Source: Candidatus Poribacteria bacterium (GTDB taxonomy: Bacteria; Poribacteria; WGA-4E; WGA-3G). Taken from it: DNA of 64,000 nucleotides. The notes under the pieces are model-generated. The model saw only the letters and a list, made by a program, of their open reading frames with translations, did not search any database and was not told the origin of the DNA. Every line of letters begins with the position of its first letter. Positions within the stretch are counted from its first letter, which is position 1. The stretch spans positions 1,312,001 through 1,376,000 of the forward strand of contig OZ243938.1 in NCBI GenBank assembly GCA_965214095.1, given 5' to 3'. Shown in pieces: positions 1 through 10,166 of the stretch. Made by a program: the position numbers and the translations under genes.

Positions 1-1
1 A

Positions 2-274
2 ATCAAACGATTAGAGGACCTATATCTTGCACCACCAGGTGTCTATTATGAGTTTTTACAGGAGTTATCCAAGGAATATCAGTGTTCTATGGTAGTGGGA
101 CACAACCCTACCATAGAACAACTTGTATCGCATTTGTCAGGAGAACACCATCGCATGCCTACCGCAGCAATTGCCCATTTTGAACTTCCTATAGAAAAAT
201 GGGAAATGTTGGACTTGTCCACTAAAGGAAAGTTAGTTAATTTATGGACACCCAAATCACTATTCAACGACTAA
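2..274 (+). CDS. sixA: Histidine phosphatase (SixA-like), 5'-truncated by the window edge
   Basis: The frame is open from base 2 and reads IKRLEDLYLA...MVVGHNPTIEQLV...MPTAAIAHF. LY, VGHNP and MPTAA are typical SixA C-terminal motifs. Confidence 0.75.
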   Translation: MKRLEDLYLAPPGVYYEFLQELSKEYQCSMVVGHNPTIEQLVSHLSGEHHRMPTAAIAHFELPIEKWEMLDLSTKGKLVNLWTPKSLFND

Positions 275-1650
275 AAATCAATATTCTTCCATTAATTTTA
301 TCAATCGCTATAGGACTCTTCTCATATATACCGTCGACAACCACATTAGCGGATATTATCGTGTCTAACGCTGATGATGGACAACTTTTTCCGCAAGGGG
401 TTGCTGACGGTAAAGGTGGACTCATAATTGTTTGGGAAGATTATAGAACAGGAAAAGATTGGGATGTATATGCGCAACGTGTAGATGACTCAGATAATCC
501 GTTGTGGACACCGAACGGACAACCAATTTCTATCGCAAGCAATAACCAACGCCGCTTGCGGATGGTTGGATACGACACACATGTTATTGTCGTTTGGAAT
601 GATAGACGTGGACGGGGTAGTTGGGATATTTATGCACAGGCAGTGAATTTTGATGGACAAGTGCTTTGGGAAAAAGATGGAATACCGATTTGCGTTAATA
701 CTTCTGACCAATCAACACAAGCAGTGGTGAGTGATGGTGAAGGGGGTATAGTCGTTGTGTGGGAGGATGAACGAAGAAGTACTGAATTCCAAGACCTATA
801 TCTTCAACGAGTTAATGCTTTAGGAGAACCGATGTGGGAACAGGATGGTATTCCTGTTTTTCCATCTGAATCCCTTCAAAGTGAGCCTGTCTTAATCTCT
901 GATGAATTGGGTGGATTTTATGTGGTATGGTGGGATGTAATTGGTACGGATCAATGGAACATTATGGCATATAGAATTAGCAATGATGGGAAACCGTTCT
1001 GGGATACCCCCGTTCTTATTACACCAAAAGATGGAATTCAGGGAGTACATCGTGTTGTTCCTGACAGCGAAGGTGGAATTATTGTTGTGTGGCAGATATA
1101 TGAGAATTTCATTAACGACCAACTCTACGGTCAACGAATATCACCAGATGGAAACAAGATGTGGCAAGATGATGGCATCCCAATCTGCATTGCGGATGGA
1201 ATACAGAAGAACCCAGCAATCGTTGACGATGGAAAAGGTGGTGCCATTGTTGTTTGGCGCGATGAACGTGACATCTATTCAGACTTATATGCACAACGGA
1301 TTCGTGCTGATGGCACGTTAGTTTGGCAGGAAGATGGTATCCCAATATGCACCGTAGGTGGACATCAAGATAGACCGTTCATTGTGCGTATCGCAAACAA
1401 TCATTTCTTCGTTGCATGGTTAGACTATCGTGGTGATTTTGGGGATAAGAGTGTTGATGCGCTCTATTGTCAACAAATTGATCTGGATGGGAATTTGTTG
1501 TGGAATGAAGAAGGAGTTTCTATTTCAACAAGTGGTGGAGAACACTTTCCTCCCTTCGTTGTCTCTGTTGGTGATGAGAAAGTGTCAGTCATTTGGAGCA
1601 ATAGTCAACGTGATAGTGGTGATATATTTCTAAAACAATTTCATAGGTAA
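244..1650 (+). CDS. Secreted repeat protein, probable beta-propeller
   Basis: Hydrophobic N-terminus, then about 7 repeats of ~60 aa: DGxGGxIVVWxDxR...D(I/L)YAQR...GxxxWxxDGIPIC. Confidence 0.75.
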   Translation: MDTQITIQRLKINILPLILSIAIGLFSYIPSTTTLADIIVSNADDGQLFPQGVADGKGGLIIVWEDYRTGKDWDVYAQRVDDSDNPLWTPNGQPISIASNNQRRLRMVGYDTHVIVVWNDRRGRGSWDIYAQAVNFDGQVLWEKDGIPICVNTSDQSTQAVVSDGEGGIVVVWEDERRSTEFQDLYLQRVNALGEPMWEQDGIPVFPSESLQSEPVLISDELGGFYVVWWDVIGTDQWNIMAYRISNDGKPFWDTPVLITPKDGIQGVHRVVPDSEGGIIVVWQIYENFINDQLYGQRISPDGNKMWQDDGIPICIADGIQKNPAIVDDGKGGAIVVWRDERDIYSDLYAQRIRADGTLVWQEDGIPICTVGGHQDRPFIVRIANNHFFVAWLDYRGDFGDKSVDALYCQQIDLDGNLLWNEEGVSISTSGGEHFPPFVVSVGDEKVSVIWSNSQRDSGDIFLKQFHR

Positions 1651-1653
1651 TAC

Positions 1654-4395
1654 ATGAACGATTATAAGCAGATTTTATCAACGATTTGTCGTCCGTTTCA
1701 ACAAGAAATCCGCAAAGGTTGTCAAGATGATGTTGTTATCAATGGCCTGGGAGAATATGTTAACCTCTGGATTGGAAATGCAAGAAAACTAAATCTTGCA
1801 TCTGATGAAACGCAATTACTCAATCAGATAGACGGTGTATTTGAGAACTACTCCAATATGAGTCCTGCCGAGCGGAAAAGTGTTATAGAAAATACAACTG
1901 GTCTGATTGAAGCATCACTTGCAGGAAAAACTATAAAGAACATACCTACTTCAAAAGATGAGCCACAGACCCTGACTTCTACAGTTGAAACTGGAAAACA
2001 GGAAGAGAAAAAACAGACGAGACCAACATCAGAAAATCAGTATGCAAACTTACCACTTTTTCAAGATGTGAATGTTACGCCTAAAATCGACCAGACTCCT
2101 GATATTACTCCCTCCGTGGATGTCACACAGAAAACAGATGAAACCTTATTACCTTTTGACGTGAATGAAATAACACAAGCAGATGGAAATGATGGGAAAG
2201 ATGTGCCAGTTTTGCTTGGAGATACTCCTGTTTCAACAGATGTTGAATCTCTTGATATTCTCAACAATGCTCTGCAATATGTCAAGGGAATTGGACCTAA
2301 ACGTGCTGAAATATTTGCAGATGAAATAGAGATACATACTGTCGGTGGATTGTTGGAATATTATCCACGTGACTACATTGATAGATCAAAAACAGTAGAA
2401 ATATATAGTGTCGGCAGAAGAGAGGATGGGGAACCAGAGACAATACAAGGACGTGTAGTTAATCATGTTACGACACCACCCGTTGCGAAGGGACGTAAAA
2501 GTATTGGTAAGGTCTCAATATATGATGGCACAGGGGTTGCGATATTAGTGAACTTCGGTAGAAGGATAGGTTATATCAAATCCATACTACCGATTGATAC
2601 TGAAGTGGTGATTAGCGGAAAATTTACACGTCGTTACAATGAAATCCAAACAACTGATTACGAATTTGAGATATTTGAAGAAGATAATCTTATTCACACG
2701 AAACGTATCGTGCCAAAATATCCTCTTACAGCGAAACTAACCGCAAGAATGGTGCGAACGGCTGTCCGGAATGCCTTAGACCAGCATGGCGATGAAATTC
2801 CTGAAATCCTACCGCTTCCATTACGAAAACAGCACGCATTGATTGACCGACAACAAGCCATTAATGAGATACATTTTCCCACATCTGAAGGACACAGACA
2901 AGCTGCGCAACGTAGACTCGCTTTTGATGAATTTTTTCTACTAAGCCTCGGAATGGAGATGCGTAAGGACGACAGAACATCACAAAAAGGTATCAGCTTT
3001 GAGATAAACAGACAACAGGAGCGTGAACATTCTCTTCTAAAGAAATTCGTGGACTCATTACCTTTCGCTCTGACGAATGCTCAAAAACGGGTTTTCAATG
3101 AGATTTGTGATGATATGCAAAGTCAACGTGTGATGAACCGCCTGATTCAAGGAGATGTAGGTTCAGGTAAAACTGTCGTAGCGGCAATGGCGTTAATATG
3201 TGCACTGGAGAACGGATTTCAAGGTGCGATTATGGTTCCAACTGAAATCCTTGCAGAACAACATCACCAGAATCTCTCATCTTTACTAACCCCGTTTGGT
3301 GTAAAGGTTGTGCTTCTCAAAAGCGATCTGTCAAAATCTGAACGTGAAGATGCATTGACTGCAATTACCGATGGAACTGCTAACATTATAGTCGGAACAC
3401 AAGCATTGATACAGGAGGGTGTTGATTTCCACAAACTCGGACTCGTCATTATTGATGAGCAACATAGATTTGGCGTGATGCAAAGGGCAACACTTATGGG
3501 TAAAGCAAAATCATCTGCAGATGTACAAAGCAAAGAAGATGCGTATGAACCTGATGTGTTGGTTATGACAGCTACACCAATACCACGGACGTTATCCTTA
3601 ACGATATATGGTGATCTCAACATCTCTGTGATTGATGAGATGCCACCTGGAAGACAAAAGATTGAAACGAGGTGGATAAAAGAGAAAGATCGATCAGATC
3701 TGTACAACAAAATTCAGCGCGAAATTAGAAATGGAAAACAGGCTTATGTTGTCTATCCTCTTGTTGAGGAATCCGAAAAACTGGAGGAGTTGAAAGCAGC
3801 GACAAGTATGGCTGAACACATACAGAAAGATGTCTTTCCGCAATTACGCGTTGGATTATTACACGGACAGATGAAATCCGTTGAGAAACAGGAGATTATG
3901 TCGCAGTTTCATGCACGCGAACTTGATATATTGGTATCAACAACTGTCATTGAAGTTGGTATTGATGTGCCAAATGCGACTCTAATGGTGATTGAAAATG
4001 CGGAAAGGTTTGGTCTGGCACAGCTGCATCAGTTGCGCGGTAGAGTTGGTAGAGGAAGTGATAAGTCCTCTTGTTATCTTGTGGCGACACCAAGAACAGA
4101 TGAATCGTATCGTAGAATTCAAGTAATGATTCGGTCTAACGATGGATTTGTTATTGCTGAAGAAGATTTGAATATTCGGGGTCCTGGTGAGTTCTTTGGG
4201 ACTCGTCAGTCAGGTCTACCAAAATTCAAGATTGCTAATATTATTAGTGATGCCACATTATTGGAAACAGCAAAAAAAGAAGCGATGGAATTGATTAAAG
4301 ACGATCCTCATCTTGATAAGCCTGAACATCAACTTATGAAAAGAATGTTGAATGCACACTGGAAAGGACATTTAGAAATAGCATCTGTAGGTTAA
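1654..4395 (+). CDS. recG: ATP-dependent DNA helicase RecG with long N-terminal extension
   Basis: Motifs VKGIGPKRA, YYPRDY, RLAFDEFF, QGDVGSGKT, DEQHRFG, MTATPIPRTL, QLHQLRGRVGRG and RGPGEFFGTRQSG. Confidence 0.97.
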   Translation: MNDYKQILSTICRPFQQEIRKGCQDDVVINGLGEYVNLWIGNARKLNLASDETQLLNQIDGVFENYSNMSPAERKSVIENTTGLIEASLAGKTIKNIPTSKDEPQTLTSTVETGKQEEKKQTRPTSENQYANLPLFQDVNVTPKIDQTPDITPSVDVTQKTDETLLPFDVNEITQADGNDGKDVPVLLGDTPVSTDVESLDILNNALQYVKGIGPKRAEIFADEIEIHTVGGLLEYYPRDYIDRSKTVEIYSVGRREDGEPETIQGRVVNHVTTPPVAKGRKSIGKVSIYDGTGVAILVNFGRRIGYIKSILPIDTEVVISGKFTRRYNEIQTTDYEFEIFEEDNLIHTKRIVPKYPLTAKLTARMVRTAVRNALDQHGDEIPEILPLPLRKQHALIDRQQAINEIHFPTSEGHRQAAQRRLAFDEFFLLSLGMEMRKDDRTSQKGISFEINRQQEREHSLLKKFVDSLPFALTNAQKRVFNEICDDMQSQRVMNRLIQGDVGSGKTVVAAMALICALENGFQGAIMVPTEILAEQHHQNLSSLLTPFGVKVVLLKSDLSKSEREDALTAITDGTANIIVGTQALIQEGVDFHKLGLVIIDEQHRFGVMQRATLMGKAKSSADVQSKEDAYEPDVLVMTATPIPRTLSLTIYGDLNISVIDEMPPGRQKIETRWIKEKDRSDLYNKIQREIRNGKQAYVVYPLVEESEKLEELKAATSMAEHIQKDVFPQLRVGLLHGQMKSVEKQEIMSQFHARELDILVSTTVIEVGIDVPNATLMVIENAERFGLAQLHQLRGRVGRGSDKSSCYLVATPRTDESYRRIQVMIRSNDGFVIAEEDLNIRGPGEFFGTRQSGLPKFKIANIISDATLLETAKKEAMELIKDDPHLDKPEHQLMKRMLNAHWKGHLEIASVG

Positions 4396-5354
4396 CTCAG
4401 TTCAAGAATTAATTGGTAGAGATGTGGAATAGTAACAGAAAAATCACCGGAAATGTGGTAACTTTCACCGCCATCTTTTACCGTGCGAATAAGGATTGTC
4501 TTCTTTGGACGGTGATAGTAATGTGCTTCTGTCGGTTTACCCTCTTCCTGGAAATCGGTGAAATCAATGAGATCAAAGTTAGCAGTTGTGAAATTCCGTA
4601 TTTCTTCCCCGCGCTGTGCTGCGATGTTACGTGCCATAGACAGGCTCTTGAGATAGACTTCTGGTCCCATGACTGCAGAACCTAAGTTTAGGAAAACTCC
4701 ACCCTCTAAGCGAGAAACAACTGACACGAAACGTAGGAAATCCTCTCCAGATGTCCACCCTAATGCGGCATAATCTGCGTCAGGATGTTGGTCTGTTATA
4801 TCAAAACCGATACCTTTGTGAACTGTTATCCACATACCTAAACGGTAGGCAGCACCAAATATACTTATGTCCCGATGCGGAAAATTGGTATCTTTTTCTT
4901 CGTCTTGTATTAATCTCCCGATTGCTTGACCAAAACCGATCTTGTCTTTATACGCTCTGATGATAGCTTGGTTCAGATAACGTCCAGTCTCCTCCCAGTG
5001 TCCAAACTTTCCGTCCTTTATGTATATTTCAACGTCTTCAAGTGTTGCTCCGATATGTGCCAGTTCAAAATCGTGTATTGCACATGCTCCATTGGTTGCT
5101 ATATGTGTTATCACATGTTTATTCAACAGATCAATAATATATCGGGAGTTCCCACGACGTAGCACGTGTGCCCCCATCATCCAGATGACTTCCTTACCGT
5201 TATTACGTGCTTGGACTATTCGCTCAGCAACGATGTTGAGATTTTCATTCTCATAAGAAGGTGTTTTGGCATCTAACTCGTAAATGTCCTCCACAGTCAT
5301 TTTATGTTGGCGTTCTGATAGTGGTAAGATATTGAGTTGGGAACGATCAAACAT
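4392..5354 (-). CDS. Conserved hypothetical protein, deoxyhypusine-synthase-like NAD-binding fold (GSU2086-like)
   Basis: Motifs WMMGAHV, HIATNGACAIHDFE, ITVHKGIGFDI and FLNLGSAVMGPEVYLKSLS. 320-aa ORF directly downstream of smc. Confidence 0.6.
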   Translation of the reverse strand: MFDRSQLNILPLSERQHKMTVEDIYELDAKTPSYENENLNIVAERIVQARNNGKEVIWMMGAHVLRRGNSRYIIDLLNKHVITHIATNGACAIHDFELAHIGATLEDVEIYIKDGKFGHWEETGRYLNQAIIRAYKDKIGFGQAIGRLIQDEEKDTNFPHRDISIFGAAYRLGMWITVHKGIGFDITDQHPDADYAALGWTSGEDFLRFVSVVSRLEGGVFLNLGSAVMGPEVYLKSLSMARNIAAQRGEEIRNFTTANFDLIDFTDFQEEGKPTEAHYYHRPKKTILIRTVKDGGESYHISGDFSVTIPHLYQLILELS

Positions 5355-5379
5355 GGGGTGTTATCGTAATTTTGTAGTG

Positions 5380-8300
5380 CTATGCTATCAGTCTTGAAAA
5401 CTTTGCAGAGACGATTTTTGACATTCCAGCCTGTTCCATTGTCACACCATACATGATGTCTGCTATTTCCATTGTGCGGTTGTTGTGTGTGATAATGACG
5501 AACTGAGTGTTGTCAGAATACGCACGGATAAGATTTGTGAATCGGAGTACGTTTGCTTCGTCAAGTGCTGCATCTACTTCGTCAAGCACACAGAAAGGAC
5601 TCGGTTTTATTTTGAAAACAGCGAATAACAACCCGATTGCAACAAGTGAACGTTCACCTCCGGACAGTTGTGTAATGCTCTGTGGACGTTTGCCTGGGGG
5701 ACGTGCGATAATATCAATCCCCGATTCTAAGATGTTTGATTCATCAGTCAATCTTAATTCAGTCTCTCCACCACCGAAGAGTTGTGCAAAAACTTCTTGG
5801 AAATTGGTTTTTACCTGTTCAAATGCTCTCAGGAATACTTGACATGATGTTTCGTTAATTTTTTGTATTGCTTGATATGAAGATTGAATTGACTGCTGTA
5901 CATCTTCACGTTGTGAAACGAGGAAATCCAGGCGTTTCTTGTGTTCTTCATGTGCTGCAATAGCTTTGAGATTTACATCTCCCATTGCTGCGAGTTCAGC
6001 TTTCAACTTTTCAATTTCATCCATCATATCGATTTCATTGATTTCAGTTTGATTAGCGTTATCATTGGATTCATTTTCAGTATCTGAAACTTTGAGCATC
6101 GGTTTCGGTAGTTCCTCAATAGAAACTTGGTATTTATCAAGGATGCGTGTGGAGTTGGATTTAATTCGCATTTCAAGTTGCGTGGTTTTTATCTCAAGTT
6201 GTGTTCGTGTCCGATTCTGCTTTTCATATAGTTTTCGTGTTCCCCGCATTTCTTTCTGTAGATTCTCAATCTCTGAGATCAATTCATCTCTCTCTTCTAT
6301 CAGTTCGTCGCATTCTGCTTCAGCTTCTGCAAAATCACCTTGAATTTGTAGGAATTGACGTTCGGCATTTCTAATTTGGTCAGAAATATCTTGTTTCTTT
6401 TGTTCGTCATTGTCAATTATTTCCTGCTGTTTTTTCATCTCTTCATTGATTTGAATTTCTCTCTCTTCAAAACCTTCAAGTTCTGTAATCATCCCATTGA
6501 TTTTTCCCTGTTGTCCTGCTAAAAAGATTTCTTTCTCTTGAACTTCGGCAGCAATTTCTTCCTTTTTACGTTTGTCACTATCTACACCTTCAGTAACACG
6601 TTTTATCCGATTTTCCGTTTGTGTTCTCTTTTTCGTGAGTTCCTCTATCTTTTCATTAAGTTGCTGTTGTTCTTCTCTTGAGAGTTCGGCAGTCTCTTTG
6701 TATTGTTCGTTTTCAGCTACATTTTGCGCTATTTGCTTTTCAATTCGTGCGACGGTTTGGTCGATCTGTTCAATATCCTTTGCTATAGCAGCCTTCTCTA
6801 TTTTCTTATCTTGCCATTGAGATGAAAGTTGCTGCCTTAATTGTTGAGCTTGTGCAATTGTTGCTGCGTAAGATATCCGTTTTTGTTTAGTCTGATCAAC
6901 TAATTGTGTTAAATCATCAATTTTGGACTGTAAAACATCAAGTTCGTTGTTTCTACTGAGAAGACCTGTTTTTCTTTGTTCTGAATGTCCGCCTGTGATT
7001 GCCCCAGTGGTATTGATAACTTCACCTTCAAGAGTTACCAATCGAGCGTTTGGATTGGACCGTCGTTTGAGTGCAATAGCATTGTCCAAACTATCTATAA
7101 CAAGCGTGTTACCTAATAGATGTTGTACTGCAGGTTGGTAAAAGGTGTCAAAATCCACCAAATCTTCAGCCACACCGATGACACCAGGTTCATCAAGGAG
7201 TGCATCATCAGTGAAGTTTCTTCTACGGATAATGTCAAGTGGCAGAAATGTCACTCTTCCTGCTCTATGTTCTTTGAGAAATTTTATTCCTGCATCGGCA
7301 TCCTCTGCTGTTTCAGTGACAACATTTTGTATAGCACTACCGAGTGCAACTTCAATAGCAAGTTCATATTCGTTTTGTGTTTGTATGAGTTCTGCAACAA
7401 CCCCGCAAATACCAGTAAATTGTTCAGGGAAGTGTTCTTTTGCTTGCATAATAGCACTGACACCAGCGTAATATCCTCTGTATGACGATTGCATTTGTGT
7501 TAAAGTTCTGTGTTGGGTTTCATTAACCCCTAAGGTATCTTGCAGCCCGCGTATTTTTGTGTCAATTTGTCGGAGAGCATCCTGCGTTTCGTTGAATGTT
7601 GATTCAACCTTCTTTTTCTCAGTGTCAATTTCAATTAAGTCTGCATCTAATTTTGTAGCAGTTAATTGGATTTCCTTGCGCTTGTCGATCGCATCTATTA
7701 GTTCTGTATTTAACGTGTCAGCATTTTCTTCCAACCGGTTAAGATTGCTCTGTGTATTTGAGACCTTATCATCAATGGAATTTCTTCTATTTTGAAGAAG
7801 TGAAACTTCTGAGATAGTCTCCTGTAGGTCGTTTTGTGCAATTCGTATAGTCTCATTCGTATTATGAATGCGTGTGCTCAACTCCTGCAAAACTTGCTTG
7901 CGACCTGATAATCGACTGTTCTCGATTTTTAATGCCGCCTCAGATCTTTTCTGTTCTTGTCTCCGTTCCTTTCTCTGTGATTCTAAATGTATTTGTTGTG
8001 TTTTGAGGGAGTCAAGTGATTGCAGTGCTCTTTGGCGTTGTTGCGATATATTTAATTGATTTTCTTTGTAGACTACAAGTTGTCGCTCAATTTTCTCTAT
8101 TTGCCCTTCTATTTCATTTTTCTTTCCTTGGGCAGCAGCGATATTTGCATCCAGTTCAGATCTTTTGATGGAAGCTTGTTCAACTCTATCTTCCGCATCT
8201 TGCATATCTTTATTTACTTCGCTGACCTGGTTTATTATTTCATCCAATTTATTCTGTGCTTCAAAATGTTCAACTGCAAGTTTCTCGTATTCACGATATG

Positions 8301-8988
8301 CGAGGTTCAATTCTAATTTTTGTTGTTCTTCTTTTAATGATTTGTAGTGTTCGGCTTGGTCCGCTTGGTTTTTCAAGGATTCAGTTTCACGTTCTAATTC
8401 TTGTATAACATCGTTGATACGGACTAAATTCTGTTTTGTTTCTTCTAACTTTCTAATAGCAGTTTTCTTATTGTGTTTAGATTTTGTGATTCCTGCAACT
8501 TCGTCAAATAAGAACCGTCGTTCTTCTGGACGGACGTTAAGTATCATGTCAATCTTACTCTGTTCCATAACAGAATATGCATCCACGCCAACACCTGTAT
8601 CCATGAATAGTTCGCTAATGTCCCGAAGTCTACATGCAGTCTTATTGATAAGATAACGACTTTCTCCATCTCGCGTGAGTTGTCTACACACTTCTACATC
8701 AGATGACTGAATTGATAGATTTTCAGATATATTGGTAAATGAGAGTGTGACACTTGCTTTTTGTGATGGACTAAATTTTGATCCGCCGTTAAACAGTAGG
8801 TCTCGCATACTGGTGCATCGGAGTGCTCTCGCACTCTGTTCACCTAAAACCCACCGTATTGCATCGGAGACGTTACTTTTGCCGCAACCGTTTGGTCCAA
8901 CTATGGTGGTAATACCTGGTTCCAGTAATAGATCTACTTGTTCAGCGAAACTCTTGAATCCACTAATTTTGATGTTTTTTAAGTACAA
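5380..8988 (-). CDS. smc: Chromosome segregation protein SMC
   Basis: GFKSF, Walker A GPNGCGKSN, long coiled coils, hinge (GRVTFLPL...GAITGG), signature LSGGE and Walker B LDEVDAALD. Confidence 0.98.
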   Translation of the reverse strand: MYLKNIKISGFKSFAEQVDLLLEPGITTIVGPNGCGKSNVSDAIRWVLGEQSARALRCTSMRDLLFNGGSKFSPSQKASVTLSFTNISENLSIQSSDVEVCRQLTRDGESRYLINKTACRLRDISELFMDTGVGVDAYSVMEQSKIDMILNVRPEERRFLFDEVAGITKSKHNKKTAIRKLEETKQNLVRINDVIQELERETESLKNQADQAEHYKSLKEEQQKLELNLAYREYEKLAVEHFEAQNKLDEIINQVSEVNKDMQDAEDRVEQASIKRSELDANIAAAQGKKNEIEGQIEKIERQLVVYKENQLNISQQRQRALQSLDSLKTQQIHLESQRKERRQEQKRSEAALKIENSRLSGRKQVLQELSTRIHNTNETIRIAQNDLQETISEVSLLQNRRNSIDDKVSNTQSNLNRLEENADTLNTELIDAIDKRKEIQLTATKLDADLIEIDTEKKKVESTFNETQDALRQIDTKIRGLQDTLGVNETQHRTLTQMQSSYRGYYAGVSAIMQAKEHFPEQFTGICGVVAELIQTQNEYELAIEVALGSAIQNVVTETAEDADAGIKFLKEHRAGRVTFLPLDIIRRRNFTDDALLDEPGVIGVAEDLVDFDTFYQPAVQHLLGNTLVIDSLDNAIALKRRSNPNARLVTLEGEVINTTGAITGGHSEQRKTGLLSRNNELDVLQSKIDDLTQLVDQTKQKRISYAATIAQAQQLRQQLSSQWQDKKIEKAAIAKDIEQIDQTVARIEKQIAQNVAENEQYKETAELSREEQQQLNEKIEELTKKRTQTENRIKRVTEGVDSDKRKKEEIAAEVQEKEIFLAGQQGKINGMITELEGFEEREIQINEEMKKQQEIIDNDEQKKQDISDQIRNAERQFLQIQGDFAEAEAECDELIEERDELISEIENLQKEMRGTRKLYEKQNRTRTQLEIKTTQLEMRIKSNSTRILDKYQVSIEELPKPMLKVSDTENESNDNANQTEINEIDMMDEIEKLKAELAAMGDVNLKAIAAHEEHKKRLDFLVSQREDVQQSIQSSYQAIQKINETSCQVFLRAFEQVKTNFQEVFAQLFGGGETELRLTDESNILESGIDIIARPPGKRPQSITQLSGGERSLVAIGLLFAVFKIKPSPFCVLDEVDAALDEANVLRFTNLIRAYSDNTQFVIITHNNRTMEIADIMYGVTMEQAGMSKIVSAKFSRLIA

Positions 8989-9177
8989 AATGTTCCTCCT
9001 ACCAATAATCTTCTATGCCAATTCTATCTATGACTTTACCTTTTGTACTAGCAATCTAAAAGGCGCGTAAATTGTGCCACTACGAGCCAGATTTTTTATC
9101 AGTCTTAACGTTCTATGATTATATAGTTAACCTATTTGTATATACGATAAACATTAATGATTGGTTTCAATAGGCAT

Positions 9178-9265
9178 GTCATAGTACCCACACCCTAAAG
9201 GTTGGGGAAACTTGTGTTTCTTTGCAGACTGCCGAGCTAAGCTACGTCTTCCGTCCACTCCACTT
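9178..9265 (-). ncRNA. IS200/IS605 right-end remnant with TnpB omega/reRNA-like scaffold (orphan)
   Basis: Minus strand reads GTGGAGTGGACGGAAGACG-TAGCTTAGCT-CGGCAGTCTGCAAAGAAACAC, then the imperfect hairpin CCCCAACC-TTTA-GGGTGTGGG and ends TACTATGAC. This resembles the layout of tnpB-associated right ends. Confidence 0.55.
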
Positions 9266-9284
9266 TTTATGCAGCTCTATCCAT

Positions 9285-10121
9285 CTAATGAACCATTGAC
9301 CCACCAGCTACAGGTATAGCTAAACCTGTTAAAAAGTTTGATTGTTCTGATGCCAGAAAAGATATTGTATTAGCAACGTCTGTTCTTGTTGCTAGTCTGC
9401 CAAGTGGAACTAAACCTGATCTGTTCTGTATGAGTTCTACATACTTATCTTTGAATTGTTCATTATTCTCAGTTAGAGCATTAACAAGCTCGGTAACCCG
9501 TTCTGTATCCACTAAACTTGGACAGACAGCATTGACGTTTATCTGATAAGGCGCAAGTTCAAGAGCAAGTGCTTGAGTGAGTCCTATAATAGCAAACTTT
9601 GAAGCACTATACGCAGCGTATTTTGGCATAGCTTCTTTTCCGACTACAGAAGAGATATTGATTATCTTACCGTGTATTTTTCTTTCTATAAAATGGCGAG
9701 CGACAGCTTGTGAGGTAAGAAATGTACCTTTAGCATTTACTTTGATCACTCTATCCCATTCTTTTTCATCTAAGTCAACAGCAAGAACTCGGTCTTTGCC
9801 CGGTTTAGATCCAGCATTATTAACAAGTATATCTATTCTACCTAACTTGGATACTATTTTTTCTATCATGGCAGATACTTCATTTGAGTTCGTAATATCT
9901 GCTACAAAGCCACAGGAGCGTTTGCCAAGCGATTCTATTTCACTAACGACATCTTGTAGTCCTTGCCATTCAGATTCATCTAAGTTATACGGTTTTTCGG
10001 CAACATCATTAATGGCAACATCAGCACCATCATTTGCTAACTTAACTGCAATAGCGCGACCTAAACCAAACTCACCCGCAGCACCTGTTACGAGGGCAAT
10101 CTTTCCATTCAGATTACTCAT
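9285..10121 (-). CDS. Short-chain dehydrogenase/reductase (classical SDR)
   Basis: TGAAGEFGLG, NNAG, catalytic YSASK and NAVCP. SD GAGGAG upstream. Confidence 0.93.
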   Translation of the reverse strand: MSNLNGKIALVTGAAGEFGLGRAIAVKLANDGADVAINDVAEKPYNLDESEWQGLQDVVSEIESLGKRSCGFVADITNSNEVSAMIEKIVSKLGRIDILVNNAGSKPGKDRVLAVDLDEKEWDRVIKVNAKGTFLTSQAVARHFIERKIHGKIINISSVVGKEAMPKYAAYSASKFAIIGLTQALALELAPYQINVNAVCPSLVDTERVTELVNALTENNEQFKDKYVELIQNRSGLVPLGRLATRTDVANTISFLASEQSNFLTGLAIPVAGGSMVH

Positions 10122-10166
10122 ACTATCTCCTCTTGTTTCATAACGCGGGTTAAATTGACACTCATG

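Noticed and set aside
9577-10143. 188-aa ORF antisense to the SDR, and similar shadow ORFs opposite smc, secA and the TRAP permease
   Set aside because: These are antisense open frames produced by codon bias of the real genes (well known for SDRs), with no recognisable motifs or SD.
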